From the human T2T-CHM13v2.0 reference genome, Homo sapiens: a stretch of DNA of 64,000 nt. Location: contig CP068257.2 of NCBI GenBank assembly GCA_009914755.4, forward strand, positions 1,696,001 to 1,760,000. Reading direction: 5' to 3'. The notes beneath the pieces are model-generated. The model was not told where the DNA came from, did no database searches, and was given only the letters and a program-made list of their open reading frames with translations. Shown in pieces: positions 28,526 to 42,949 of the stretch. A program made the translations under genes and the position numbers. Numbering within the stretch: the stretch's first letter is position 1; the number at the start of each line of letters is the position of its first letter.

Positions 28526-31500
28526 ATCAAAGTTCACAAACTATATATTATATACTGTACATAAAATATCAAAGTACCCAAGGTATATATTCTATACTAT
28601 ACAAAAAATATCAAAGTACCCAAAGTATGTATTATATACTGTACCTAAAATATGAAAGTACATCAAATATATATTTTATTCTGTACATAAAATATCAAAG
28701 TACACCAGATATATATTCTATAGTGTACATAAAATATCAAAGTACCCAAACTATACATTATATACTGTACATAAAATATGAAATTACATCAAATATATAT
28801 TATATTAGGTACATAAAATATGAAAGTACATCAAATATAGATTATATACTGTACATTAAATACCAAAGTACCCCAAATATATATTTTATACTCTACATGA
28901 AATATCAAAGTTCACAAACTATATATTATATACTGTACATAAAATATCAAAGTACCCAAGGTATATATTCTATACTGTACAAAAAATATCAAAGTACCCA
29001 AAGCATGTATTATATACTGTACATAAAATATGAAAGTACATCAAATATATATTTTATTCTGTACATAAAATATCAAAGTACACCAGATATATATTCTATA
29101 GTGTACATAAAATATCAAAGTACCCAAACTATACATTATATACTGTACATAAAATATGAAATTACATCAAATATATATTATATTAGGTACATAAAATATG
29201 AAAGTACATCAAATATAGATTATACACTGTACATAAAATATCAAAGTACCCCAAATATATATTATATACTGTACATGAAATATCAAAGTTCACAAACTAT
29301 ATATTATATACTGTACATAAAATAAAGTCCCCAAGGTATATATTCTATACTGTAGAAAAAATATCAAAGTACCCAAAGCATGTATTATATACTGTATATA
29401 AAATATGAAAGTACATCAAATATATATTTTATTCTGTACATAATATATCAAAGTACACCAGATATATATTCTATAGTGTACATGAAATAACAAAGTACAA
29501 AAACTATAAATTATATACTGTACATAAAATATGAAATTACATCAAATATATATTAGGTACATAAAATATGAAAGTACATCAAATATAGATTATATACTGT
29601 ACATAAAATTTCAATGTACCCCAAATATATATTTTATACTCTACATGAAATATCAAAGTTCACAAACCATGTATTATATACTGTACATAAAATATCAAAG
29701 TACCCAAGGTATATATTCTATACTATACAAAAAATATCAAAGTACCCAAAGCATGTATTATATACTGTACCTAAAATATGAAAGTACATCAAATATATAT
29801 TTTATTCTGTACATAAAATATGAAAGTACACCAGATATATATTCTATAGTGTACATAAAATATCAAAGTACCCAAACTATACATTATATACTGTACATCA
29901 AATATGAAATTACATCAAATATATATTATATTAGGTACATAAAATATGAAAGTACATCAAATATAGATTATACACTGTACATAAAATATCAAAGTACCCA
30001 AAATATATATTATATACTCTACATGAAATATCAAAGTTCACAAACTATATATTATATACTGTACATAAAATAATGTCCCCAAGGTATATATTCTATACTG
30101 TAGAAAAAATATCAAAGTACCCAAAGCATGTATTATATACTGTATATAAAATATGAAAGTACATCAAATTTATATTTTATTCTGTACATAATATATCAAA
30201 GTACACCAGATATATATTCTATAGTGTACATAAAATAACAAAGTACAAAAACTATAAATTATATACTGTACATAAAATATGAAATTACATCAAATATATA
30301 TTAGGTACATAAAATATGAAAGTACATCAAATATAGATTATATACTGTACATAAAATTTCAATGTACCCCAAATATATATTTTATACTCTACATGAAATA
30401 TCAAAGTTCACAAACCATATATTATATACTGTACATAAAATATCAAAGTACCCAAGGTATATATTCTATACTATACAAAAAATATCAAAGTACCCAAAGC
30501 ATGTATTATATACTGTACCTAAAATATGAATGTACATCAAATATATATTTTATTCTGTACATAAAATATCAAAGTACACCAGATATATATTCTATAGTGT
30601 ACACAAAATATCAAAGTACCCAAACTATGCATTATATACTGTACATAAAATATGAAATTACATCAAATATATTTTATATTAGGTACATAAAATATGAAAG
30701 TACATCAAATATAGATTATATACTGTACATTAAATACCAAAGTACCCCAAATATATATTTTATACTGTACATGAAATATCAAAGTTCACACACTATATAT
30801 TATATACTGTACATATAATATCAAAGTACACAAGGTATATATTCTATACTGTACAAAAAATAACAAAGTACCAAAAGCATGTATAATATACTGTACATAA
30901 AATATGAAAGTACATCAAATATATATTTTATTCTGTACATAAAATATCAAAGTACACCAGATATATATTCTATAGTGTACATAAAATATCAAAGTACCCA
31001 AACTATACATTATATACTGTAAATAAAATATAAAATTACATCAAATATATTTTATATTAGGTACATAAAATATGAAAGTACATCAAATATAGATTATATA
31101 CTGTACATAATATATCAAAGTAACCCAAATATATATTATATACTCTACATGAAATATCAAAGTTCACAAACAATATATTATATACTGTACATAAAATATC
31201 AAAGTACCCAAGGTATATATTCTATACTGCACAAAAAAATCAAAGTACCCAAAGCATGTAGTATATACTGTATATAAAATATGAAAGTTCATCAAATATA
31301 TATTTTATTCTCTACGTAATATATCAAAGTACACCAGATATATATTCTATAGTGTACATAAAATATCAAAGTACCCAAACTATACATTATATACTGTAAA
31401 TAAAATATGAAATTACATCAAATATATATTAGGTACATAAAATATGAAAGTACATCAAATATAGATTATATACTGTACATAAAATATCAATGTACCCCAA

Positions 31501-34500
31501 ATATATATTTTATACTTTACATGAAATATCAAAGTTCACAAACCATATATTGTATACTGTACATAAAATATCAAAGTACCCAAGGTATATGTTCTATACT
31601 GTACAAAAAATATCAAAGTACCCAAAGCATGTATTATATACTGTACATAAAATATGAAAGTACATCAAATATATATTTTATTCTGTACATAAAATATCAA
31701 AGTACACCAGATATATATTCTATAGTGTACATAAAATATCAAAGTACCCAAACTATACATTATATACTGTAAATAAAATATGAGATTACATCAAATATAT
31801 ATTATATTAGGTACATAAAATATGAAAGTACATCAACTATAGATTATATACTGTACATTAAATACCAAAGTACCCCAAATATATATTTTATACTGTACAT
31901 GAAATATCAAAGTTCACAAACTATATATTATATACTGTACATAAAATATCAAAGTACCCAAGGTATATATTCTATACTGTACAAAAAATATCAAAGTACC
32001 CAAAGCATGTATTATATACTGTACCTAAAATATGAAAGTACATCAAATATATATTTTATTCTGTACATAAAATATCAAAGTACACCAGATATATATTCTA
32101 TAGTGTACATAAAATATGAAAGTACCCAAACTCTACATTATATACTGTACATAAAATATGAAATTACATCAAATATATATTATATTAGGTACATAAAATA
32201 TGAAAGTACATCAAATATAGATTATACACTGTACATAAAATATCAAAGTACCCAAAATATATATTATATACTCTACATGAAATATCAAAGTTCACAAACT
32301 ATATATTATATACTGTACATAAAATAAAGTCCCCAAGATATATATTCTATACTGTAGAAAAAATATCAAAGTACCCAAAGCATGTATTATATACTGTATA
32401 TAAAATATGAAAGTACATCAAATATATATTTTATTCTGTACATAATATATCAAAGTACACCAGATATATATTCTATAGTGTACATAAAATAACAAAGTAC
32501 AAAAACTATAAATTATATACTGTACAAAAATATGAAATTACATCAAATATATATTAGGTACATAAAATATGAAAGTACATCAAATATAGATTATATACTG
32601 TACATAAAATTTCAATGTACCCCAAATATATATTTTATACTCTACATGAAATATCAAAGTTCACAAACCATATATTATATACTGTACATAAAATATCAAA
32701 GTACCCAAGGTATATATTCTATACTATACAAAAAATACCAAAGTACCCAAAGCATGTATTATATACTGTACCTAAAATATGAATGTACATCAAATATATA
32801 TTTTATTCTGTACATAAAATATCAAAGTACACCAGATATATATTCTATAGTGTACACAAAATATCAAAGTACCCAAACTATACATTATATACTGTACATA
32901 AAATATGAAATTACATCAAATATATTTTTTATTAGGTACACAAAATATGAAAGTACATCAAATATAGATTATATACTGTACATTAAATACCAAAGTACCC
33001 CAAATATATATTTTATACTGTACATGAAATATCAAAGTTCACAAACTATATATTATATACTGTACATATAATATCAAAGTACCCAAGGTATATATTCTAT
33101 ACTGTACAAAAAATAACAAAGTACCAAAAGCATGTATAATATACTGTACATAAAATATGAAACTACATCAAATATATATTTTATTCTGTACATAAAATAT
33201 CAAAGTACACCAGATATATATTCTATAGTGTACATAAAATATCAAAGTACCCAAACTATACATTATATACTGTAAATAAAATATGAAATTACATCAAATA
33301 TATTTTATATTAGGTACATAAAATATGAAAGTACATCAAATATAGATTATATACTGTACATAATATATCAAAGTAACCCAAATATATATTATATACTCTA
33401 CATGAAATATCAAAGTTCACAAACAATATATTATATACTGTACATAAAATATCAAAGTACCCAAGGTATATATTCTATACTGCACAAAAAAATCAAAGTA
33501 CCCAAAGCATGTATTATATACTGTATATAAAATATGAAAGTACATCAAATATATATTTTATTCTCTACATAATATATCAAAGTACACCAGATATATATTC
33601 TATAGTGTACATAAAATAACAAAGTACACAAACTATAAATTATATACTGTACATAAAATATGAAATTACATCAAATATATATTAGGTACATAAAATATGA
33701 AAGTACATCAAATATAGATTATATACTGTACATAAAATATCAATGTACCCCAAATATATATTTTATACTCTACATGAAATACCAAAGTTCAGAAACCATA
33801 TATTATATACTGTACATAAAATATCAAAGTACCCAAGGTATATATTCTATACTGTACAAAAAATATCAAAGTACCCAAAGCATGTATTATATACTGTACA
33901 TAAAATATGAAAGTACATCAAATATATATTTTATTCTGTACATAAAATATCAAAGTACACCAGATATATATTCTATAGTGTACATAAAATATCAAAGTAC
34001 CCAAACTATACATTATATACTGTACATAAAATATGAAATTACATCAAATATATATTATATTAGGTACATAAAATATGAAAGTACATCAAATATAGATTAT
34101 ATACTGTACATAAAATATCAAAGTACCCCAAATATATATTATATACTCTACATGAAATATCAAAGTTCACAAACTATATATTATATACTGTACATAAAAT
34201 ATCAAAGTACCCAAGGTATATATTCTATAATGTACAAAAAATATCAAAGTACCCAAAGCGTGTATTATATACTGTATATAAAATATGAAATTACATCAAA
34301 TATATATTTTATTCTGTACATAAAATATCAAAGTACACCAGATATATATTCTATAGTGTACATAAAATATCAAAGTACCCAAACTCTACATTATATACTG
34401 TACATAAAATATGAAATTACATCAAATATATATTATATTAGGTACATAAAATATGAAAGTACATCAAATATAGATTATATACTGTACATTAAATACCAAA

Positions 34501-36625
34501 GTACCCCAAATATATATTTTATACTGTACATGAAATATCAAAGTTCACAAACTATATATTATATACTGTACATAAAATATCAAAGTACCCAAGGTATATA
34601 TTCTATACTGTACAAAAAATATCAAAGTACCCATAGCATGTATTATATACTGTACCTAAAATATGAAAGTACATCAAATATATATTTTATTCTATACATA
34701 AAATATCAAAGTACACCAGATATATATTCTATAGTGTACATAAAATATCAAAGTACCCAAACTATACATTATATACTGTACATAAAATATGAAATTACAT
34801 CAAATATATATTATATTAGGTACATAAAATATGAAAGTACATCAAATATAGATTATACACTGTACATAAAATATCAAAGTACCCCAAATATATATTATAT
34901 ACTCTACATGAAATATCAAACTTCACAAACAATATATTATATACTGTACATAAAATAAAGTCCCCAAGGTATATATTCTATACTGTAGAAAAAATATCAA
35001 AGTACCCAAAGCATGTATTATATACTGTATATAAAATATGAAAGTACATCAAATATATATTTTATTCTGTACATAATATATCAAAGTACACCAGATATAT
35101 ATTCTATAGTGTACATAAAATAACAAAGTACAAAAACTATAAATTATATACTGTACATAAAATATGAAATTACATCAAATATATATTAGGTACATAAAAT
35201 ATGAAAGTACATCAAATATAGATTATATACTGTACATAAAATTTCAATGTACCCCAAATATATATTTTATACTCTACATGAAATATCAAAGTTCACAAAC
35301 CATATATTATATACTGTACATATAATATCAAAGTACCCAAGGTATATATTCTATACTATACAAAAAATATCAAAGTACCCAAAGCATGTATTATATACTG
35401 TACCTAAAATATGAAAGTACATCAAATATATATTTTATTCTGTACATAAAATATCAAAGTACACCAGATATATATTCTATAGTGTACACAAAATATCAAA
35501 GTACCCAAACTATACATTATATACAGTACATAAAATATGAAATTACATCAAATATATTTTATATTAGGTACATAAAATATGAAAGTACATCAAATATAGA
35601 TTATACACTGTACATTAAATACCAAAGTACCCCAAATATATATTTTATACTGTACATGAAATATCAAACTTCACAAATTATATATTATATAGTGTACATA
35701 TAATATCAAAGTACCCAAGGTATATATTCTATACTGTACAAAAAATATCAAATTACCCAAAGCTTGTATTATATACTGTACATAAAATATGAAAGTATAT
35801 CAAATATATATTTTATTGTGTACATAAAATATCAAAGTACACCAGATATATATTCTATAGTGCACATAAAATAACAAAGTACACAAACTATACATTATAT
35901 ACTGTACATAAAATATGAAATTACATGAAATATATATTAGGTACATAAAATATGAAAGTACATCAAATATAGATTATATACTGTACATAAAATTTCAATG
36001 TACCCCAAATATATATTTTATACTACACATGAAATATCAAAGTTCACAAACCATATATTGTATACTGTACATAAAATATCAAAGTACCCAAGGTATATGT
36101 TCTATACTGTACAAAAAATATCAAAGTACCCAAAGCATGTATTATATACTGTACATAAAATATGAAAGTACATCAAATATATATTTTATTCCGTACATAA
36201 AATATCAAAGTATACCAGATATATATTCTATAGTGTACATAAAATATCAAAGTACACAAACTATACATTATATACTGTACATAAAATATGAAATTACATC
36301 AAATATATATTATATAAGGTACATAAAATATGAAAGTACATCAAATATAGATTATATACTGTACATTAAATACCAAAGTACCCCAAATATATATTATATA
36401 CTCTACATGAAATATCAAAGTTCACAAACTATATATTATATACTGTACATAAAATATCAAAGTACCCAAGGTATATATTCTATACTGTACAAAAAATATC
36501 AAAGTACCCAAAGCATGTATTATATACAGTACATAAAATATGAAAGTACATCAAATATATATTTTATTCTGTACATAAAATATCAAAGTACACCAGATAT
36601 ATATTCTATAGTGTACATAAAATAA
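28526..36625. repeat. Super-repeat copy 3 (partial, ~8.1 kb), corresponding to 16141-24240 and 1-8100; slightly more diverged than copy 1 vs copy 2
   Basis: A +12385 offset holds from 16141-24240 to 28526-36625. A few substitutions are present, for example tcacaaactgtatatt at 18400 vs tcacacactatatatt at 30785, and FIPF/FIPY and KYQRTPNIY/KYQSTPNIY in the pseudo-translations of 23530 vs 35915. Correspondence ends at ~36620, where 'acaaaaactataaatt' (24250) vs 'acacaaactatacatt' (36630) diverge. Confidence 0.75.
30175..30540. other. Junction interval of a 2,251-bp (6-HOR) deletion in copy 2 relative to copy 1
   Basis: 30061-30180 matches the 15421-type ('cccaaagcatgt', 'aaatttatat'), not the 17681-type ('cccaaacatgt', 'aaatatatat'). 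From 30517, 'ctgtacctaaaatatgaatgtacatc' matches 18130 (17894 unit), not 15850 ('ctgtacataaaatatgaaagtacatc'). The flanking ~750-bp blocks 14895-15640 and 17147-17890 are near-identical paralogues, which is the ideal substrate for unequal exchange. Confidence 0.65.
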
Positions 36626-39600
36626 CAAAGTACACAAACTATACATTATATACTGTACATAAAATATGAAATTACATCAAATATATTTTATATTAGGTAC
36701 ATAAAATATGAAAGTACATCAAATATAGATTATATACTGTACATAAAATTTCAATGTACCCCAAATATATATTTTATACTCTACATGAAATATCAAAGTT
36801 CACAAACCATATATTATATACTGTACATAAAATATCAAAATACCCAAGGTATATATTCTATAATGTACAAAAAATATCAAAGTACCCAAAGCGTGTATTA
36901 TATACTGTATATAAAATATGAAATTACATCAAATATATATTTTATTCTGTACATAAAATATCAAAGTACACCAGATATATATTCTATAGTGTACATAAAA
37001 TATCAAAGTACCCAAACTATACATTATATACTCTACATAAAATATGAAATTACATCAAATATTTATTATATTAGGTACATAAAATATGAAAGTACATCAA
37101 ATATAGATTATATACTGTACATTAAATACCAAAGTACCCCAAATATATATTTTATACTGTACATGAAATATCAAAGTTCACAAACTATATATTATATACT
37201 GTACATAAAATATCAAAGTACCCAAGGTATATATTCTATACTGTACAAAAAATATCAAAGTACCCAAAGCATGTATTATATACTGTACCTAAAATATGAA
37301 AGTACATCAAATATATATTTTATTCTGTACATAAAATATCAAAGTACACCAGATATATATTCTATAGTGTACATAAAATATCAATGTACCCAAACTATAC
37401 ATTATATACTGTACATAAAATATGAAATTACATCAAATATATTTTATATTAGGTACATAAAATATGAAAGTACATCAAATATAGATTATACACTGTACAT
37501 AAAATATCAAAGTACCCCAAATATATATTATATACTCTACATGAAATATCAAAGTTCACAAACTATATATTATATACTGTACATAAAATAAAGTCCCCAA
37601 GGTATATATTCTATACTGTAGAAAAAATATCAAAGTACCCAAAGCATGTATTATATACTGTATATAAAATATGAAAGTACATCAAATATATATTTAATTC
37701 TGTACATAATATATCAAAGTACACCAGATATATATTCTATAGTGTACATAAAATATCAAAGTACCCAAACTATACATTATATACTGTACATAAAATATGA
37801 AATTACATCAAATATATATTATATTAGGTACATAAAATATGAAAGTACATCAAATATAGATTATATACTGTACATTAAATACCAAAGTACCCCAAATATA
37901 TATTTTATACTGTACATGAAATATCAAAGTTCACAAACTATATATTATATACTGTACATAAAATATCAAAGTACCGAAGGTATATATTCTATACTGTACA
38001 AAAAATATCAAAGTACCCAAAGCATGTATTATATACTGTACCTAAAATATGAAAGTACATCAAATATATATTTTATTCTGTACATAAAATATCAAAGTAC
38101 ACCAGATATATATTCTATAGTGTACATAAAATATCAAAGTACCCAAACTATACATTATATACTGTACATAAAATATGAAATTACATCAAATATATATTAT
38201 ATTAGGTACATAAAATATGAAAGTACATCAAATATATATTATACACTGTACATAAAATATCAAAGTACCCCAAATATATATTATATACTCTACGTGAAAT
38301 ATCAAAGTTCACAAACTATATATTATATACTGTACATAAAATAAAGTCCCCAAGGTATATATTCTATACTGTAGAAAAAATATCAAAGTACCCAAAGCAT
38401 GTATTATATACTGTATATAAAATATGAAAGTACATCAAATATATATTTTATTCTGTACATAATATATCAAAGTACACCAGATATATATTCTATAGTGTAC
38501 ATAAAATAACAAAGTACAAAAACTATAAATTATATACTGTACATAAAATATGAAATTACATCAAATATATATTAGGTACATAAAATATGAAAGTACATCA
38601 AATATAGATTATATACTGTACATTAAATACCAAAGTACCCCAAATATATATTTTATACTGTACATGAAATATCAAAGTTCACAAACTATATATCATATAC
38701 TGTACATATAATATCAAAGTACCCAAGGTATATATTCTATACTGTACAAAAAATAACAAAGTACCAAAAGCATGTATAATATACTGTACATAAAATATGA
38801 AAGTACATCAAATATATATTTTATTCTGTACATAAAATATCAAAGTACACCAGATATATATTCTATAGTGTACATAAAATATCAAAGTACCCAAAGTATA
38901 CATTATATACTGTAAATAAAATATGAAATTACATCAAATATGTTTTATATTAGGTACATAAAATATGAAAGTACATCAAATATAGATTATATAGTGTACA
39001 TTAAATACCAAAGTACCCCAAATATATATTTTATACTGTACATGAAATATCAAAGTTCACAAACTATATATTATATACTGTACATAAATTATCAAAGTAC
39101 CCAAGGTATATATTCTATACTGTACAAAAAATATCAAAGTACCCAAAGCATGTATTATATACTGTACATAAAATATGAAAGTACATCAAATATATATTTT
39201 ATTCTGTACATAATATATCAAAGTACACCAGATATATATTCTATAGTGTACATAAAATAACAAAGTACACAAACTATACATTATATACTGTACATAAAAT
39301 ATGAAATTACATCAAATATATATTAGGTACATAAAATATGAAAGTACATCAAATATAGATTATATACTGTACATAAAATATCAATGTACCCCAAATATAT
39401 ATTTTATACTATACATGAAATATCAAAGTTCACAAACCATATATTGTATACTGTACATAAAATATCAAAGTACCCAAGGTATATGTTCTATACTGTACAA
39501 AAAATATCAAAGTACCCAAAGCGTGTATTATATACTGTACATAAAATATGAAAGTACATCAAATATATATTTTATTCTGTACATAAAATATCAAAGTACA

Positions 39601-42600
39601 CCAGATATATATTCTATAGTGTACATAAAATATCAAAGTACCCAAACTATACATTATATACTGTACATAAAATATGAAATTACATCAAATATATATTATA
39701 TAAGGTACATAAAATATGAAACTGCATCAAACATAGATTATATACTGTACATTAAATACCAAAGAACCCCAAATATATATTATATACTCTACATGAAATA
39801 TCAAAGTTCACAAACTATATATTATATACTGTACATAAAATATCAAAGTACCCAAGGTATATATTCTATACTGTACAAAAAATATCAAAGTACCCAAAGC
39901 ATGTATTATATACTATATATAAAATATGAAAGTACATCAAATATATATTTTATTCTGTACATAAAATATCAAAGTACACCAGATATTTATTCTATAGTGT
40001 ATATAAAATAACAAAGTACAAAAACTATAAATTATATACTGTACATAAAATATGAAATTACATCAAATATATATTAGGTACATAAAATATGAAAGTACAT
40101 CAAATATAGATTATATACTGTACATAAAATATCAATGTACCCCAAATATATATTTTATACTCGACATGAAATATCAAAGTTCACAAACCATATAATATAT
40201 ACTGTACATAAAATATCAAAGTACCCAAGGTATATATTCTATACTGTACAAAAAATATCGAAGTACCCAAAGCATGTATTATATACTGTACATAAAATAT
40301 GAAAGTACATCAAATATATATTTTATTCTGTACATAAAATATCAAAGTACACCAGATATATATTCTATAGTGTACATAAAATATCAAAGTACCCAAACTA
40401 TACATTATATACTGTACATAAAATATGAAATTACATCAAATATATATTATATTAGGTACATAAAATATGAAAGTACATCAAATATAGATTATATACTGTA
40501 CATAAAATATCAAAGTACCCCAAATATATATTATATACTCTACATGAAATATCAAAGTTCACAAACTATATATTATATACTGTACATAAAATATCAAAGT
40601 ACCCAAGGTATATATTCTATAATGTACAAAAAATATCAAAGTACCCAAAGCGTGTATTATATACTGTACATAAAATATGAAAGTACATCAAATATTTATT
40701 TTATTCTGTAGATAATATATCAAAGTACACCAGATATATATTCTATAGTGTACATAAAATATCAAAGTACCCAAACTATACATTATATACTGTACATAAA
40801 ATATGAAATTACATCAAATATCTATTATATTAGGTACATAAAATATGAAAGTACATCAAATATAGATTATATACTGTACATTAAATACCAAAGTACCCCA
40901 AATATATATTTTATACTGTACATGAAATATCAAAGTTCACAAACTATATATTATATACTGTACATATAATATCAAAGTACCCAAGGTATATATTCTATAC
41001 TGTACAAAACATATCAAAGTACCCAAAGCATGTATTATATACTGTACATAAAATATGAAAGTACATCAAATATATATTTTATTCTGTATATAAAATATCA
41101 AAGTACACCAGATATATATTCTATAGTGTACATAAAATATCAAAGTACCCAAACTATACATTATATACTGTACATAAAATATGAAATTACATCAAATATA
41201 TATTATATTAGGTACATAAAATATGAAAGTACATCAAATATAGATTATATACAGTACATAAAATATCAAAGTACCCCAAATATATATTATATGCTCTACA
41301 TGAAATATCAAAGTTCACAAACCATATATTGTATACTGTACATAAAATATCAAAGTACCCAAGGTATATATTCTATACTGTACAAAAAATATCAAAGTAC
41401 ACAAAGCGTGTATTATATACTGTACATAAAATATGAAAGTACATCAAATATATATTTTATTCTGTACATAATATATCAAAGTACACCAGATATATATTCT
41501 ATAGTGTACATAAAATATCAAAGTACCCAAACAATACATTATATACTGTACATAAAATATGAAATTACATCAAATATATATTATATTAGGTACATAAAAT
41601 ATGAAAGTACATCAAATATAGATTATATACTGTACATTAAATACCAAAGTACCCCAAATATATATTTTATACTGTACATGAAATATCAAAGTTCACAAAC
41701 TATATATTATATACTGTACATAAAATATCAAAGTACCCAAGGTATATATTCTATACTGTACAAAAAATATCAAAGTACCCAAAGCATGTATTATATACTG
41801 TACCTAAAATATGAAAGTACATCAAATATATATTTTATTCTGTACATAAAATATCAAAGTACACCAGATATATAATCTATAGTGTACATAAAATATCAAA
41901 GTACCCAAACTATACATTATATACTGTACATAAAATATGAAATTACATCAAATATATATTATATTAGGTACATAAAATATGAAAGTACATCAAATATAGA
42001 TTATACACTGTACATAAAATATCAAAGTACCGCAAATATATATTATATACTCTACATGAAATATCAAAGTTCACAAACTATATATTATATACTGTACATA
42101 AAATAAAGTCCCCAAGGTATATATTCTATACTGTAGAAAAAATATCAAAGTACCCAAAGCATGTATTATATACTGTATATAAAATATGAAAGTACATCAA
42201 ATATATATTTTATTCTGTACATAATATATCAAACTACACCAGATATATATTCTATAGTGTACATAAAATAACAAAGTACAAAAACTATAAATTATATACT
42301 GTACATAAAATATGAAATTACATCAAATATATATTAGGTACATAAAATATGAAAGTACATCAAATATAGATTATATACTGTACATAAAATTTCAATGTAC
42401 CCCAAATATATATTTTATACTCGACATGAAATATCAAAGTTCACAAACCATATAATATATACTGTACATAAAATATCAAAGTACCCAAGGTATATATTCT
42501 ATAATGTACAAAAAATATCAAAGTACCCAAACCATGTATTATATACTGTATATAAAATATGAAATTACATCAAATATATATTTTATTCTGTACATAAAAT

Positions 42601-42949
42601 ATCAAAGTACACCAGATATATATTCTATAGTGTACATAAAATATCAAAGTACCCAAACTATACATTATATACTGTACATAAAATATGAAATTACATCAAA
42701 TATTTATTATATTAGGTACATAAAATATGAAAGTACATCAAATATAGATTATATACTGTACATTAAATACCAAAGTACCCCAAATATATATTTTATACTG
42801 TACATGAAATATCAAAGTTCACAAACTATATATTATATACTGTACATAAAATATCAAAGTACCCAAGGTATATATTCTATACTGTATAAAAAATATCAAA
42901 GTACCCAAAGCATGTATTATATACTGTACCTAAAATATGAAAGTACATC

